Shown: one piece after another, positions 38,681 to 40,971 of the stretch | How the letters are laid out: every line of letters starts with the position of its first letter | Numbering within the stretch: the stretch's first letter is position 1 | Origin: Candidatus Omnitrophota bacterium | GTDB taxonomy: Bacteria > Omnitrophota > Gorgyraeia > Aquiviventales > Aquiviventaceae | Direction of reading: 5' to 3' | Assembly (NCBI GenBank): GCA_016198915.1 | Contig: JACQHS010000110.1 | Coordinates: forward strand, 1 to 40,971 | Length of the DNA: 40,971 nucleotides | The notes under the pieces: generated by a model | What the model saw: the letters and a program-made list of their open reading frames with translations, nothing else | Told to the model about the DNA's origin: nothing | The model's database searches: none | Translations under genes and position numbers: made by a program

Positions 38681-40971
38681 ATGTCGTTCGCGGAGCGTGT
38701 TGGGGCCCGGGTCGTGCGGTTTGGGTGGCTGATCGCCGCTGCCGGGTGTCTCTTGGCGCAGGGAGCGCCTCTGGCAGTCGCGGCTGAGTTTCGGACGACG
38801 GAACCCGCCGTCAGCCTCTACGCCAATTATGAAACGGTCAGTGTCTACGGGACCTACTTCGGCGATGCCAATGGCGATAGCACAGCCCGCTTTGAGTACA
38901 AGGAAGCGACGGCCAGCGCGTGGCGGCCCGGCATGGCGATGCACAAGCTGGGTGAGGAGAGCCGGTTTGCCGCCTTCTTCTTTGCCCAACCCGACGTCAC
39001 CTACGATGTGAAAATCACCTTCACCGATCCCGACGGCGTGACCGGGACCAACCCCGCGCAGGCCGCCGTGACGACCCGCAGCGATGTCGTCCCCGCCGGA
39101 TCAGGCACGACCTACCACGTCTCGCCTGACGGCAGCGACTCCAATCCCGGCACGGAGGCCGAGCCGCTGCGCAACATCTACACCGCCGCGTCACTGGTGT
39201 CCGCAGGGGACACCGTCCTGGTCCATCCCGGCACCTACGGGGGCCGCGTGAAAGTGTACAACAAGGTTGGCACATCCTCCGACTGGATCACCTTCCAGGC
39301 CGTGGGCGATGCGCCGGTTATTCTGGACGGCTCAGACACCGCCCTGCTTTCCACCGGACAGAATCGGTGGGCGCTGCATCAGGGATCGGTGTACAAGACG
39401 CCCTATTCGAGCACCCCGCAGGAGTACGTGGCGATTGACGGGATCCGGGCCTACCATTACCCGACCCTCAACGACCTGATCGCGGGATTCCAAGGCATTC
39501 CGGCCGGCTGGGTGCACGAAAGCGGCCAGCTCTATGTCCGCACCGTGGACGGCTCGGATCCGGATGACCATGTAATTCAGGTGTCCAAGACCGCGCACGG
39601 CTTCGAGCTGGACAACGCGCACTACATCAGGATCACAGGCTTCACCATCCAGTACTACGGCAAGGCGGCCATCCGTCTCAATGGGGGGGAGACGAATATC
39701 CTCATCGAAGACAACACCCTGCAGAACAACGGCTACGGGGTGCACAAGGGGGGCACGGGTGGCAGCCGGTTCACGATCCAGCGCAACACGATCACCGATA
39801 CCGGGGTAGCGACCTGGCCCTGGGACAAGGTGAAGAAAACCGTGCACGAAGCCGGCGGCATCCAGCTCTTTGCCATAGACCGGGGGGCGGTGGTTCGGGA
39901 CAACACGATCAGCGGCTTTTTTGACGGGGTGCAGATCAACCACTGGCCGCCGGAGCTGGGCTACAACTTCGATTCCGATGTCTACCGCAACACCATCAGC
40001 GATATCCGAGATGATGGGATCGAGTTTGAGTCCTCCAACGAGACGAATCTGCGGTTCTGGGAGAACCGCATGGAGCGCAACTATGTGGCGATGTCGGTCA
40101 ATCCTGTGCTGCGCGGGCCGGTGTATCTCTTCCGGAACACGGTGGTTGACGCGATCTCCGAGGGCTTCAAGGTGGGCTCGGCGGGGGCCACCACGTCTGG
40201 GATTGAATCCGTCGGCGCGGTGTATGCCTACCACAACACGATCCACGCCATTGACGATGTGGGCAATGACGACGACGGCGTCCAGTGCACGAACGGACCC
40301 AGCTACCAGAACCACACGTATCGGAACAACATCTTCTACGTCGGGCGGTATGTCGTCACAAACGAGGGCTGCCAGTCGACCGGCACGACCTACGACTACG
40401 ATCTCATGTATACGAAGGACTCCTCACGATTCGTGAAATGGGACAATTCAGTCCGCTACGGGAGCCTGGCGGAGTTCCAGACCGCGACCGGCCAAGCCCT
40501 GCATGCGATCAGTGCCGCGCCACAGTTCGAGGACCTCGCGGCAGGCGATCTGCGGCTCACGGCCACGAGTCCAGGCCTCGATGCCGGGACCGTGTTGGTC
40601 GGGTTTAACGATGCGACCTCCCCCTGGCCCTATACGGGCAGCCTCCCCGATCTGGGCGCGGCTGAGGTCGGGGGCGCACAGCCGGCCAACCAGCCGCCGG
40701 TCTTGGCGGCAATTGACAATCGGGTGGTGAGCATCGGTGAGAGCCTGACGGTCGTCGTGAGCGCGTCCGATCCTGATGGCGATGCGCTGACCTACAGTGT
40801 CCTCAACGCCCCGGCCGGGAGCACGTTCACCGGACAGACCTTGAGCTGGACGCCCACGGCGGGGCAGGCAGGGACCTACCAGGTGACGTTCAGCGTCTCG
40901 GATGGCACGTTGAGCGACGCCGAAACAATCACCGTGACGGTGCAGGACGCCGCGGCCGCCAACCAGCCCCC
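38681..40971 (+). CDS. Secreted right-handed parallel beta-helix protein (pectate-lyase-fold, DUF1565-type N-terminus) with C-terminal cadherin/He_PIG-like Ig repeats; 3' end outside the window
   Basis: I translated this frame codon by codon from ATG 38681 (RBS GGGAGGGA 38666-38673) to the window end and found no stop in 763 codons. Signal peptide 'FGWLIAAAGCLLAQGAPLAVAA'. 'YHVSPDGSDSNPGTEAEPLRNIYTAASLVSAGDTVLVHPGTY' plus repeated 'N-T-I/NN' rungs. 'NQPPVLAAIDNRVVSIGESLTVVVSASDPDGDALTYSV...TVTV' from 40688. Not in the supplied ORF track. Confidence 0.85.
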   Translation, partial: MSFAERVGARVVRFGWLIAAAGCLLAQGAPLAVAAEFRTTEPAVSLYANYETVSVYGTYFGDANGDSTARFEYKEATASAWRPGMAMHKLGEESRFAAFFFAQPDVTYDVKITFTDPDGVTGTNPAQAAVTTRSDVVPAGSGTTYHVSPDGSDSNPGTEAEPLRNIYTAASLVSAGDTVLVHPGTYGGRVKVYNKVGTSSDWITFQAVGDAPVILDGSDTALLSTGQNRWALHQGSVYKTPYSSTPQEYVAIDGIRAYHYPTLNDLIAGFQGIPAGWVHESGQLYVRTVDGSDPDDHVIQVSKTAHGFELDNAHYIRITGFTIQYYGKAAIRLNGGETNILIEDNTLQNNGYGVHKGGTGGSRFTIQRNTITDTGVATWPWDKVKKTVHEAGGIQLFAIDRGAVVRDNTISGFFDGVQINHWPPELGYNFDSDVYRNTISDIRDDGIEFESSNETNLRFWENRMERNYVAMSVNPVLRGPVYLFRNTVVDAISEGFKVGSAGATTSGIESVGAVYAYHNTIHAIDDVGNDDDGVQCTNGPSYQNHTYRNNIFYVGRYVVTNEGCQSTGTTYDYDLMYTKDSSRFVKWDNSVRYGSLAEFQTATGQALHAISAAPQFEDLAAGDLRLTATSPGLDAGTVLVGFNDATSPWPYTGSLPDLGAAEVGGAQPANQPPVLAAIDNRVVSIGESLTVVVSASDPDGDALTYSVLNAPAGSTFTGQTLSWTPTAGQAGTYQVTFSVSDGTLSDAETITVTVQDAAAANQP

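Noticed and set aside
38164-38989. Minus-strand ORFs 38164-38469 and 38591-38989 in or near the intergenic region.
   Set aside because: They have no motifs or RBS. They overlap the 3' end of the membrane-protein gene, or the terminator plus the 5' end of the beta-helix gene, and have biased Arg/Pro/Gly composition.
280-40315. All long minus-strand ORFs in the track (e.g. 1094-2116, 5623-7203, 13578-14678, 15475-16530, 16843-18105, 20693-22096, 21897-23384, 24683-26083, 29798-30889, 31306-32382, 33989-34945, 35017-35934, 36675-37637, 39332-40315).
   Set aside because: Their translations are Arg/Pro/Gly/His-rich low-complexity strings with no recognisable motifs. Each lies fully antisense to a + strand gene with strong family signatures. 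These are the typical shadow ORFs of GC-rich DNA.
1-40971. CRISPR arrays, tRNA/rRNA genes, transposases, integrases, inverted-repeat-bounded mobile elements, toxin-antitoxin or defence-system genes.
   Set aside because: None were found. There are no spaced direct repeats, no tRNA-like T-arm/anticodon structures in the few intergenic gaps, and no ORF with recombinase, nuclease or ATPase motifs typical of such systems.

Overview
GC-rich, almost fully coding window (my tally of intergenic gaps is under 1 kb). Every credible gene is on the + strand. It is one long Wzx/Wzy-type exopolysaccharide (EPS) locus of a diderm bacterium. In order: tail of a FecR-domain gene; OM beta-barrel plus short OPX export lipoprotein; PCP/BY-kinase; two Wzy/O-antigen-ligase-like proteins; Wzx-like flippase; five glycosyltransferases (GT2, GT4, GT9, GT4, GT26). 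Next comes an unusual tailoring block: an HTTM (vitamin-K-carboxylase-like) domain fused to a DCC-type CxxC oxidoreductase, three tandem membrane-anchored 'sulfatase-like' alkaline-phosphatase-superfamily paralogs with Thr in place of the formylglycine Cys/Ser, and a ~1000-aa CBM + clan GH-A hydrolase. After that: the priming polyprenyl-P sugar phosphotransferase, a GlpD-like FAD dehydrogenase, GT4, SDR epimerase, UPF0104 flippase-like protein, hexapeptide acetyltransferase, a GtrB-like GT2 pair (second copy with a degenerate DXD), a cytoplasmic NPP-type phosphodiesterase and a terminal membrane protein. Most gene junctions are ATGA/TGATG overlaps, so about 36 kb looks like one translationally coupled operon. 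Two gene relics (asnB 5' stub, frameshifted GT4 3' stub) mark past remodelling. The only sizeable intergenic region (38286-38680) holds promoter-like elements, four GC hairpins and a textbook intrinsic terminator, a candidate riboregulatory leader. It is followed by a 763-codon open frame for a secreted right-handed beta-helix protein that runs off the right edge and is absent from the supplied ORF track. No rRNA, tRNA, CRISPR array or mobile element was seen. All family calls are by-eye motif recognition, not database searches.
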